A DNA stretch of 21,685 nt from Nautiliaceae bacterium (GTDB lineage Bacteria; Campylobacterota; Campylobacteria; Campylobacterales; Nautiliaceae): NCBI GenBank assembly GCA_039831155.1, contig JBDONT010000025.1, positions 1 through 21,685 of the forward strand, written 5' to 3'. The stretch's first letter is position 1, and each line of letters starts with the position of its first letter. Position numbers and translations under genes: made by a program. The notes under the pieces are model-generated. The model made no database searches and was not told where the DNA came from. It was given only the letters and a program-made list of their open reading frames with translations. Below are positions 1 to 6,905 of the stretch, one piece after another.

Positions 1-52
1 TCTCTAAGCTCTCTATCATCTCTCAAACCCCTTCTTCCGTTTGAGGATTGAA

Positions 53-81
53 AGTATATAATATTTCCCTCCCCTTGTCAA
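53..81 (-). promoter_or_regulatory. Near-consensus sigma70 promoter (TTGACA-17bp-TATACT) firing out of the left edge; probable rRNA/stable-RNA operon promoter
   Basis: Minus strand reads TTGACA (81-76), a 17-bp spacer, then TATACT (58-53). A/T tracts lie upstream (UP-element-like). The downstream leader is purine-rich with a 7-bp hairpin (22-28/39-45). The transcribed gene is outside the window. Confidence 0.7.
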
Positions 82-183
82 GTATTTCCTCTAAAATTTT
101 TTAAAAATTTTAAAATTTGTTTTTTAACCGCTTATTTACTTACATATAAAATATAAAGTATATTATTAAATCGAAACAATATA

Positions 184-792
184 TTATTTTATAATCCCTC
201 GTTTTAAAGGAACAAACTCACACTCTTCTATAATCTCTTTTTTCCCGCTCTTATATAATTTTATAATAAATTGTTTCTCTCCCGATTTTATAGGAGCTAA
301 AATAAAACCGTCATCTTTTAATTGATAAAACAATTCTTCTTCTATATCTTCTACATAAGCGGAAAATAATATCCTATCAAAAGGAGCATAAGCTTTCCAG
401 CCTTTTCTCCCATCGTCACATTTGACATTTATATTATATAAACCCAATTTTTTAAATCGTTGTTTAGCAATTTCCACCAATTTACATATTCTATCTATAG
501 TAAACACTCTTCTTACCATTTTACTTAAAATTGCGGCTTGATAACCACTTCCACAACCTATTTCAAGTACACTATCAACATTTGTCAATTCCAAATATTT
601 TGTCATTTTAGCAATTGTAAGAGGAGAACTGATAGTAGAATCATCCGCCAAAGGTAAAGGAGTAATATCATAAGCTTTTCTTTCAAAACCAAGAGGGACG
701 AAATATTTTCTATCTATTTCACAAAAAGCTTTATATTCTTTTATATCCATTTCTAATAAATTCGCCAATTTATCAGCTAAAAATTTACTCAT
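184..792 (-). CDS. pcm: Protein-L-isoaspartate(D-aspartate) O-methyltransferase
   Basis: AYDITPLPL, STISSP, VLEIGCGSGYQAAILS SAM motif, GWKAYAPFDRI, C-terminal FVPL. Confidence 0.93.
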   Translation of the reverse strand: MSKFLADKLANLLEMDIKEYKAFCEIDRKYFVPLGFERKAYDITPLPLADDSTISSPLTIAKMTKYLELTNVDSVLEIGCGSGYQAAILSKMVRRVFTIDRICKLVEIAKQRFKKLGLYNINVKCDDGRKGWKAYAPFDRILFSAYVEDIEEELFYQLKDDGFILAPIKSGEKQFIIKLYKSGKKEIIEECEFVPLKRGIIK

Positions 793-939
793 TTAATTCC
801 CATATTTTTCTATTTTTATAATCATAATACTTTGAATTTTTTATTTATTTAAACATATTTCCCGAACGAATTAATATACGAATTTCGATACTTAAATCGG
901 ATTAAAACGATTTTAAGAAAAAGAAGAAAATAAAAAAGA

Positions 940-975
940 GAAATTAATATAATTTCGTTTATCGATATTAATTTC
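940..975 (-). terminator. AT-rich 11-bp perfect inverted repeat followed by T-rich run on the minus strand; possible terminator of the DUF1566 pair
   Basis: GAAATTAATAT (940-950) / ATATTAATTTC (965-975) with a 14-nt loop; minus strand continues TCTTTTTTATTTTC. Confidence 0.4.
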
Positions 976-1033
976 AAATTGTCATACTTATAAGTTTTAA
1001 ATTCGATTAACAAACAAAGCCTTTAATCAAATA

Positions 1034-1474
1034 CTACTTATTATCCCTTACACAACGTACATAAGCTCCCTCAAAAGAAGCTGTTCCTGTAGCTCCTTTG
1101 CCATTATTAAATCTAACAAACCAAGCATCACTATCATCATACATCGTAGATGTCCAATAGTAAGATAAAGTATCAACATATTTAAAAATCGGACTAATAG
1201 CAGGATTTAGCCTGCTTCTATCCACCAAACTCTCAAGTTCGTTATAATTAGGCAATCTCCAGTCAGAATATCCGGCAAGAGTTAAATTTTCACAATACTT
1301 TAAAGCATTTGTCAAACCCTCACTTACTAAACCGGAAGTATTATTATCAGAATTATCTTGCCACATAAGATTAGTTTTCGTATCTATCACGGTACCGTTT
1401 ATATCGTCTCTTATAAATCTATCTTGAGCGAATAAAGCACTTACTAACAATAAAACAAAAAATACCTTTTTCAT
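1034..1474 (-). CDS. Secreted DUF1566 (Lcl C-terminal domain) protein
   Basis: Signal peptide MKKVFFVLLLVSALFA; motifs VIDTKTNLMWQ, YCENLTLAGYSDWRLPNYNELESL, YYWTST, AWFVRF, YVRCVR. Start moved from 1489 to ATG 1474 because AAGGA lies 6 nt upstream. Confidence 0.85.
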   Translation of the reverse strand: MKKVFFVLLLVSALFAQDRFIRDDINGTVIDTKTNLMWQDNSDNNTSGLVSEGLTNALKYCENLTLAGYSDWRLPNYNELESLVDRSRLNPAISPIFKYVDTLSYYWTSTMYDDSDAWFVRFNNGKGATGTASFEGAYVRCVRDNK

Positions 1475-1488
1475 CTCTTTTCCTTTCA

Positions 1489-2682
1489 TTATTTATTATC
1501 TCTTACGCAACGAATATAATAAGAATCTGTTTTTGGTTTTATATTTTCATCTCCTTTAATAAACCCTACCACCCAAGCTTGAGAAAAATCACCTATATAA
1601 TTAGTAGCCGTCCAATACCAATCCGTATCATCCACGTAATTTCCGTTTTTAACATATTTAAATGTACTGTTTATAGCAGGTGTTTTTCTACCTTTATCGG
1701 TAATACTTATAAGCTCTTCAGCACTCGGCAATCTCCAATCCGTATATCCCCCTAACGTCAAATCTTCACAATATTGAACGGCTTCATTCCAAGTTTTAGT
1801 ACTGGTATTAACTTCCTCATTATCTTGCCAAATAAGATTCGTCGCATTATCAATTACCACTTCTTTCGTATCATCTCTAGTAAAATTTCTATCGGCACCT
1901 TTCGCAATAGTAGCAATAAAACTAGGGTCTTTATAAGAATTTTTTACAATGATTTTATAAAATTTTAAAATATTTTCAATTTCATTAGCACTAATAAGAG
2001 TTTCATCAATAGTCGATATAGAATTAACCAAAGCCAAAAGATTTATTCTTTGAGTCGCATTTAAATTCGAATTATAAATATCATTTTTTATTAATTCCGT
2101 AATATCGGAAAAATTACTTACACTATCATTAGAATCCAAATCATTACTAAAGTTTGTTTTTAAAGAAGTATCGTGTAATACCACATATAAAAATTCGGAT
2201 AACTTAGCAAGAGAAGTATTATTTGTTTCTATATAATCTCCATAAAAATCCCCTACCAAATTCAATTGAGATAATCTGGAATATAAAGAATCGTTACCAT
2301 CTATAAAAGTCGTTACAGGAGAAATTACAAAAGTATTTTCGTTTTTAAGAGTTAAATTAATATCAAAAGCAACATTGGTATCTTCTATTTCCCCTCCGCT
2401 TAAAGTAAGAGGATAAACCGGAGTACCATTAAAAACATAAGTACCGCTTCCATTATATTCGGCAACCAAACCTGAAGAATCTTTAACAATCGCATTTTTA
2501 ATATAACCGTCCACGGCTTTTACCGTTACTGATGCGGAAGAATTTTGTAAATCGGAAGCAATTATATTAGAAACAGTATTAGAAGAACTATCAGCACCTC
2601 CTCCACAACCTGCAAAAAAAACCAAAGCTAATCCAGATACCGTACTCTTTAAGTAATTGTTTTTTAAGATTCTCTTAATCAC
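1489..2682 (-). CDS. Lipoprotein with C-terminal DUF1566 (Lcl C-terminal) domain
   Basis: Lipobox FAGC followed by a Gly/Ser linker; AVDGYI N-terminal domain; C-terminal VIDNATNLIWQ, YCEDLTLGGYTDWRLPSAEEL, YWTAT, AWVVGF, YIRCVR; GTG start. Confidence 0.85.
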   Translation of the reverse strand: MIKRILKNNYLKSTVSGLALVFFAGCGGGADSSSNTVSNIIASDLQNSSASVTVKAVDGYIKNAIVKDSSGLVAEYNGSGTYVFNGTPVYPLTLSGGEIEDTNVAFDINLTLKNENTFVISPVTTFIDGNDSLYSRLSQLNLVGDFYGDYIETNNTSLAKLSEFLYVVLHDTSLKTNFSNDLDSNDSVSNFSDITELIKNDIYNSNLNATQRINLLALVNSISTIDETLISANEIENILKFYKIIVKNSYKDPSFIATIAKGADRNFTRDDTKEVVIDNATNLIWQDNEEVNTSTKTWNEAVQYCEDLTLGGYTDWRLPSAEELISITDKGRKTPAINSTFKYVKNGNYVDDTDWYWTATNYIGDFSQAWVVGFIKGDENIKPKTDSYYIRCVRDNK

Positions 2683-2724
2683 AAAAAAACCCCCTTTTCA
2701 TTTTATTTTCAAATTGCAAATCGA

Positions 2725-2753
2725 ATTTTAAAATAAATATTAATTATTGTCAA
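2725..2753 (-). promoter_or_regulatory. Sigma70 promoter for the DUF1566 pair (TTGACA-17bp-TAAAAT)
   Basis: TTGACA at 2753-2748 and TAAAAT at 2730-2725 with exact 17-bp spacing, ~40 nt upstream of the GTG start. Confidence 0.6.
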
Positions 2754-2805
2754 TATAATATAACTTAAAAACAAGACATAAGTTAAACAAAAGTTAAAAA
2801 GAGTT

Positions 2806-4134
2806 TTAATTATAAACTCTTTTATAAATTTTATCTACGTTTCTCGTATAATAATCATAATCGAACAAACTTCTTATTTCCTCTTTTGTCATAACTTTCA
2901 CCAAGTCTTCGTCTTTAAGTAAATTTTCAAGAAATAAACTTTCCCCTTTTTCATTTATAGGAGCTTTTCCTTTTTGAAGCTCCTCCCAAACTTTCATAGC
3001 GTTTCTTTGAACGATTTTATACGCTTCTTCTCTACTCACACCTCTTTTAGGAAGTTCTAAGAGTACTCTTTGAGAAAATACAAGCCCTCCCGTTAAATTT
3101 AAGTTTTTCATCATATTTTCAGGATATACTACAAGATTAGAAATAATATTATTTAAACGATGAAGCATAAAATCAGTCGTAATAAATGCATCAGGTAACC
3201 AAAATCTCTCAACTGAACTGTGACTTATATCTCTTTCATGCCAAAGTGCTACGTTTTCCATAGCCGGAATCGTATAACTCCTTATGATTCTTGCAAGTCC
3301 GGTTATATTCTCACTTAAAACAGGATTTCTTTTATGAGGCATTGCCGAAGAGCCTTTTTGACCTTTAGAGAAATACTCTTCAGCCTCATACACTTCCGTT
3401 CTTTGAAAATGTCTGATATTTACCGCTATTTTTTCAACTGTTGAAGCAAGAAGACCGAGTGCAGAAGCTAATCTTGCGTATCTGTCTCTTTGAATTACCT
3501 GATTTGAAATAGGCGCGGGTTTAAGACCTAAATACTCACAAGTTAATTCTTCAAGCTCAATCGGAGCGTGAGCGAAATTACCCATTGCACCGCTTATTTT
3601 ACCCACACTGATAACTTCAAGCGTTTCTTCGAGGTTTTTAAGATGTCTTTTCATTTCATCATACCAAATGCTAAGTACCAGTCCAAATGTAATAGGTTCT
3701 CCGTGAATTCCGTGGCTTCTTCCAACCATTAGGGTATATTTATGTTCCATGGCTCTTTTTTTAATACTCTTCATTACCATTTTAACATCGTCGATAATAA
3801 TTTTAAGCGAATCTCTCATTTGAAGAGCAACCGCCGTATCAATTGTATCACTACTTGTCATTCCATAGTGAACCCATCTACTTTCTTCTCCAAGACTCTC
3901 AGCAACACTTGTAAGAAAAGCTATAACATCGTGTTTCGTTTCTTTTTCAATTTCGTGAATTCTTTTTATGTCAAATTTTGCATTTTTTACAATCTTTTCC
4001 ATATCTTCATCAGGAATTAGTCCGAGTTTATTCCAAGCTTTTACCGCTGCTTTTTCGACTTCAAGCCAAGCATTAAACTTTGCATTCTCATCCCACAATT
4101 TTTTCATTTCCTCTCTTGCGTATCTTTCAACCAT
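2806..4134 (-). CDS. purB: Adenylosuccinate lyase
   Basis: MVERYAR start, HYGMTSSD, GRSHGIHGEP, signature GSSAMPHKRNP, WHERDISHSSVER. Confidence 0.98.
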   Translation of the reverse strand: MVERYAREEMKKLWDENAKFNAWLEVEKAAVKAWNKLGLIPDEDMEKIVKNAKFDIKRIHEIEKETKHDVIAFLTSVAESLGEESRWVHYGMTSSDTIDTAVALQMRDSLKIIIDDVKMVMKSIKKRAMEHKYTLMVGRSHGIHGEPITFGLVLSIWYDEMKRHLKNLEETLEVISVGKISGAMGNFAHAPIELEELTCEYLGLKPAPISNQVIQRDRYARLASALGLLASTVEKIAVNIRHFQRTEVYEAEEYFSKGQKGSSAMPHKRNPVLSENITGLARIIRSYTIPAMENVALWHERDISHSSVERFWLPDAFITTDFMLHRLNNIISNLVVYPENMMKNLNLTGGLVFSQRVLLELPKRGVSREEAYKIVQRNAMKVWEELQKGKAPINEKGESLFLENLLKDEDLVKVMTKEEIRSLFDYDYYTRNVDKIYKRVYN

Positions 4135-4155
4135 AAATTATCCTTTTTTAATGTA

Positions 4156-4187
4156 ATTGTATCAAATTAGCTTAGTTGTGATATAAT
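4156..4187. promoter_or_regulatory. Back-to-back extended -10 promoters for purB (TGATACAAT, minus, 4164-4156) and tatB (TGATATAAT, plus, 4179-4187)
   Basis: TGn-TAnAAT motifs typical of Campylobacterota RpoD, each ~20 nt upstream of an SD-preceded ATG. Confidence 0.6.
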
Positions 4188-4206
4188 TCAATAAAAAAGG
4201 TTTAAA

Positions 4207-4533
4207 ATGCCTGATTTAGGTTTTAGTGAAATACTTTTTATCGCTATAATTGCAATAATCGTTCTAGGACCGGAAAAACTCCCCGATGCTATGGTACAAA
4301 TCGGGAGATTTATAGGAAAAATAAAAAGAATGTGGAAAGATGCAACAGCCGATATTAGAAAAGAGATAGAACTTGAAGAGATGAAAGAAGAGATGAAAAA
4401 ATATAAAGAAGAACTTGAAAAGCTCCAAAGAAAAGTAAATGATGATGTAGGAGAAATAAACAAAGGTTTAACAAGTCTTGACGATTTAACGACAATTGGC
4501 AATAAAAGAGACTTTTCGGATATGATAAAGTAA
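4207..4533 (+). CDS. tatB: Sec-independent protein translocase TatB
   Basis: DLGFSEILFIAIIAIIVLGPEKLP transmembrane segment and hinge, amphipathic helix, charged tail. Confidence 0.88.
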   Translation: MPDLGFSEILFIAIIAIIVLGPEKLPDAMVQIGRFIGKIKRMWKDATADIRKEIELEEMKEEMKKYKEELEKLQRKVNDDVGEINKGLTSLDDLTTIGNKRDFSDMIK

Positions 4534-4537
4534 AAAG

Positions 4538-5410
4538 ATGGGATTTGTAGTTAAAGAATTTGATGTAAATGATGTTAAATTAATAGATTTTTTGATAAAA
4601 GAACTCGGCTTTTCTATGAGAGAAGCAAAAAGAGCGATTGACAGAGGGAGAATTAGTGTAAATGATAAAAGAGTAACTCAAAAAGGTGCCAGGGTCAGTG
4701 GAAAATTAAAATGTATAGTATTTGAACCCAACGGATACGGATTAAAGCCAATTTTTGAAACTACCCATTTTGGTGTGTTTAATAAGCCAAGCGGGGTTGC
4801 GGTACATCCTAAAAAACTTGCAAATACTAAGAGTTTACTTGATGATGTAAGGAATTTATGGGGAAGTGAAGCAAACTTAGTCCATCGTCTTGATAAAGAA
4901 ACAAGCGGACTTATTATTGCAAGTAAAAATAAATTTGCAGAGAGTTATTTAAAAGTGGCGTTTCAAAATAAAGATGTTAAGAAAAAATATTTAGCATTGG
5001 TAAAAGGGCATTTAGACAAAGAATATACTATTAAAAAACCAATAGCAGTAAATAAAGATGAAAATATAAAAGTAAAAGTTATTATTTCAGATGAAGGTAA
5101 AGAGGCAACGACAATAATAAAACCTATAAAGCAAACAGGAGAGAACACATTAGTTGAGTGTATTCCTCTAACCGGGCGTCAACATCAAATAAGAATACAT
5201 CTATTTAGCATAGGATATCCAATTGTCGGAGACCCTTTATACGGGGTTGATAACGATTTTGCCAATAGATATTTAAATAAACTGGTAGATGAAAAAGAGC
5301 GTATAGCAAAAACAGGAGCAAAAAGACTAATGCTTCACGCTTATTATTTAGAATTTGAATTTATGAATAATAAATATATATTGACAAATAGAGAATTTGA
5401 AAAAAATTAA
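4538..5410 (+). CDS. RluA-family pseudouridine synthase with N-terminal S4-like domain
   Basis: NKPSGVAVHP, HRLDKETSGL catalytic Asp motif, TGRQHQIRIH, PIVGDPLYG, LMLHA. Confidence 0.93.
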   Translation: MGFVVKEFDVNDVKLIDFLIKELGFSMREAKRAIDRGRISVNDKRVTQKGARVSGKLKCIVFEPNGYGLKPIFETTHFGVFNKPSGVAVHPKKLANTKSLLDDVRNLWGSEANLVHRLDKETSGLIIASKNKFAESYLKVAFQNKDVKKKYLALVKGHLDKEYTIKKPIAVNKDENIKVKVIISDEGKEATTIIKPIKQTGENTLVECIPLTGRQHQIRIHLFSIGYPIVGDPLYGVDNDFANRYLNKLVDEKERIAKTGAKRLMLHAYYLEFEFMNNKYILTNREFEKN

Positions 5411-5444
5411 GCCAATATTAAGCTTTTTTTTATATAATTCTTAC

Positions 5445-5506
5445 TCAATTTCCCCTCCTTAAAAGTTTTAAAACCTCCTCTAAATATTAGGCCTTTTGGC
5501 CTTTTA
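5445..5506 (+). ncRNA. Candidate small RNA with two C/U-rich anti-Shine-Dalgarno motifs
   Basis: TATAAT at 5433-5438; TCCCCTCCTT (5451-5460) and ACCTCCTC (5473-5480); intrinsic terminator at 5489-5505; no ORF on this strand. Confidence 0.5.
5489..5505 (+). terminator. Intrinsic terminator
   Basis: AGGCC-TTTT-GGCCT hairpin followed by TTTATT on the plus strand. Confidence 0.6.
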
Positions 5507-5551
5507 TTAAAAATAAAATAAGTGTCAGTCACTATAATTGATAATTTTAAA

Positions 5552-5627
5552 TGGCTCCGGCGAGAGGACTCGAACCTCTGACCCGACGGTTAACAGCCGT
5601 CTGCTCTACCGACTGAGCTACGCCGGA
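5552..5627 (-). tRNA. tRNA-Asn (anticodon GTT)
   Basis: Minus strand reads TCCGGCG-TAGCTCAGTCGGTAGAGCA-GACGG CT GTT AA CCGTC-GGGTC-AGAGGTTCGAGTCCTCT-CGCCGGA-G-CCA, 76 nt with encoded CCA; TGATATAAT promoter at 5647-5639. Confidence 0.98.
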
Positions 5628-5701
5628 ATGTAAGTGTAATTATATCAAATTTTTTCTTTTTTTCAAGAAAATAAACAAAAATATATAAAAACTATTAATT
5701 T

Positions 5702-5728
5702 TGCAACTCAGTTGCATTTTGATATAAT
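5702..5728 (+). promoter_or_regulatory. Palindromic operator TGCAAC-TCA-GTTGCA (putative Zur/Fur-family box) next to extended -10 TGATATAAT
   Basis: Perfect 6-3-6 inverted repeat at 5702-5716, directly upstream of TGATATAAT (5720-5728) and the Fur-family gene. Confidence 0.7.
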
Positions 5729-5734
5729 TTCGTT

Positions 5735-6133
5735 ATGAATTGTAAAAACGTTGAAAATCTCAAAAAAACGGAACTTAAAATAGCATTGTTGCTTGAAGAA
5801 AAACATCTTTTAAGCGCAAAAGAGTTGCAGGTTATTTTAGAAGTGGATAAAGCTACCATATACAGAAACATTAAAAACATGCTTGAAAAACAGACAATAA
5901 GGGAGATTAAAAACAGCGAAGGTGTGGGTTTTTACGAACTAAACTGCAAAATCCACAACCCCATTCACTCTCATTTCGAGTGTAAAATCTGTAAAAAAAT
6001 CTTTTGTTTAAAACCCTTTAACGCCGAAGATATTTTGAGCCTTTCAAATTACAGTAAATATGAAATAGAGGAAATTGAAGTTAAATTTAAAGGAATATGC
6101 GATGAATGTAAAGAAATTAAAAGTAAAAAGTAA
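5735..6133 (+). CDS. Fur-family transcriptional regulator, probably Zur
   Basis: VDKATIYRN helix, HSHFECKIC and GICDEC CxxC pairs; first gene of a metal ABC operon. Confidence 0.85.
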   Translation: MNCKNVENLKKTELKIALLLEEKHLLSAKELQVILEVDKATIYRNIKNMLEKQTIREIKNSEGVGFYELNCKIHNPIHSHFECKICKKIFCLKPFNAEDILSLSNYSKYEIEEIEVKFKGICDECKEIKSKK

Positions 6134-6905
6134 AAAATTAAAAGTTTTATTAGTAATGTTTTTATTAACTCCGCTTTTTGCGTTGAATATAAGCGTAACG
6201 ATACTGCCGCAAAAAGGCGTTGTTAAGGCAATAGGAGGAGATAAGGTAAACGTAAATGTAATGGTCCCTCCCGGTAATTCACCGGCAACATACACCCCGA
6301 ACTTCAAGCAGCTAAAAGAACTAAAAAATTCGGACATCTATTTTACGATTGGAGTACCGTTTGATAAAAAATACCTCTCAAAAATCAAAGAAATCAATCC
6401 AAACATAAAAATCGTCTATTTCGGTAGTTTCATAAAAACCACAAACAACCCTCATATCTGGCTTAGCCCCGCACTTTTACAGCTTGAAGCAAAAGTCGTA
6501 TTGGATACATTAATTACAAACGATTCGAAAAACAAAACATACTACCTGAATAATTACAAACACTATATTAAAACGCTTGCAAACCTTGAAGTAAAAGGGC
6601 TTGAAACCATCCGCCAAAAAGCCTTTATTACGTTTCATCCGTCATTTTACTATTTCGCAAAAGATTTTCACATTAATCAAATTGCAATCCAAAAAGAAGG
6701 AAAAAGCCCAAGTTTCGCATATCTCGCAAAAATTATAAAATTAGCAAAAAAAGAAAACGTAAAAACGGTAATAATTTCGCCCGAATTTCCGACTAAATAC
6801 GCAAAAATCGTAGCGGCTAAAATAGGTGCGAAAGTTGCGGTTATTTCACCTCTAAACCCTAAACCGGAAAATACGATTAATCAACTGATAGAGGCCCTTA
6901 AATGA
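6102..6905 (+). CDS. znuA: Metal ABC transporter solute-binding protein (ZnuA/TroA, cluster A-I)
   Basis: VMVPPGNSPATYTP, NPHIWLSP, FITFHPSFYYFA, EGKSPS. Start placed at ATG 6102 (AAGGA at 6090-6094) rather than TTG 6075. Confidence 0.8.
   Translation: MNVKKLKVKSKKLKVLLVMFLLTPLFALNISVTILPQKGVVKAIGGDKVNVNVMVPPGNSPATYTPNFKQLKELKNSDIYFTIGVPFDKKYLSKIKEINPNIKIVYFGSFIKTTNNPHIWLSPALLQLEAKVVLDTLITNDSKNKTYYLNNYKHYIKTLANLEVKGLETIRQKAFITFHPSFYYFAKDFHINQIAIQKEGKSPSFAYLAKIIKLAKKENVKTVIISPEFPTKYAKIVAAKIGAKVAVISPLNPKPENTINQLIEALK

Noticed and set aside
1034-1630. The two DUF1566 3' ends as a DGR template/variable repeat pair
   Set aside because: They differ by indels and by substitutions at all base types, not only adenines. 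Both are coding, and no reverse transcriptase is in the window.
2683-2694. G5/T7 run before the lipoprotein start, and A9/T8 runs elsewhere (e.g. 16560-16567, 16657-16665), as phase-variation tracts
   Set aside because: Too short for poly-G/C phase variation; A/T runs are expected at this base composition and the frames are intact.
5552-5627. tRNA-Asn as an integrase attachment site
   Set aside because: No integrase and no duplicated tRNA 3' end are seen; the accessory block lies on the 5' side of the tRNA.
6114-6145. AAATTAAAAGT direct repeat at the zur/znuA overlap
   Set aside because: Low-complexity Lys-rich coding sequence; at most a small slippage duplication.
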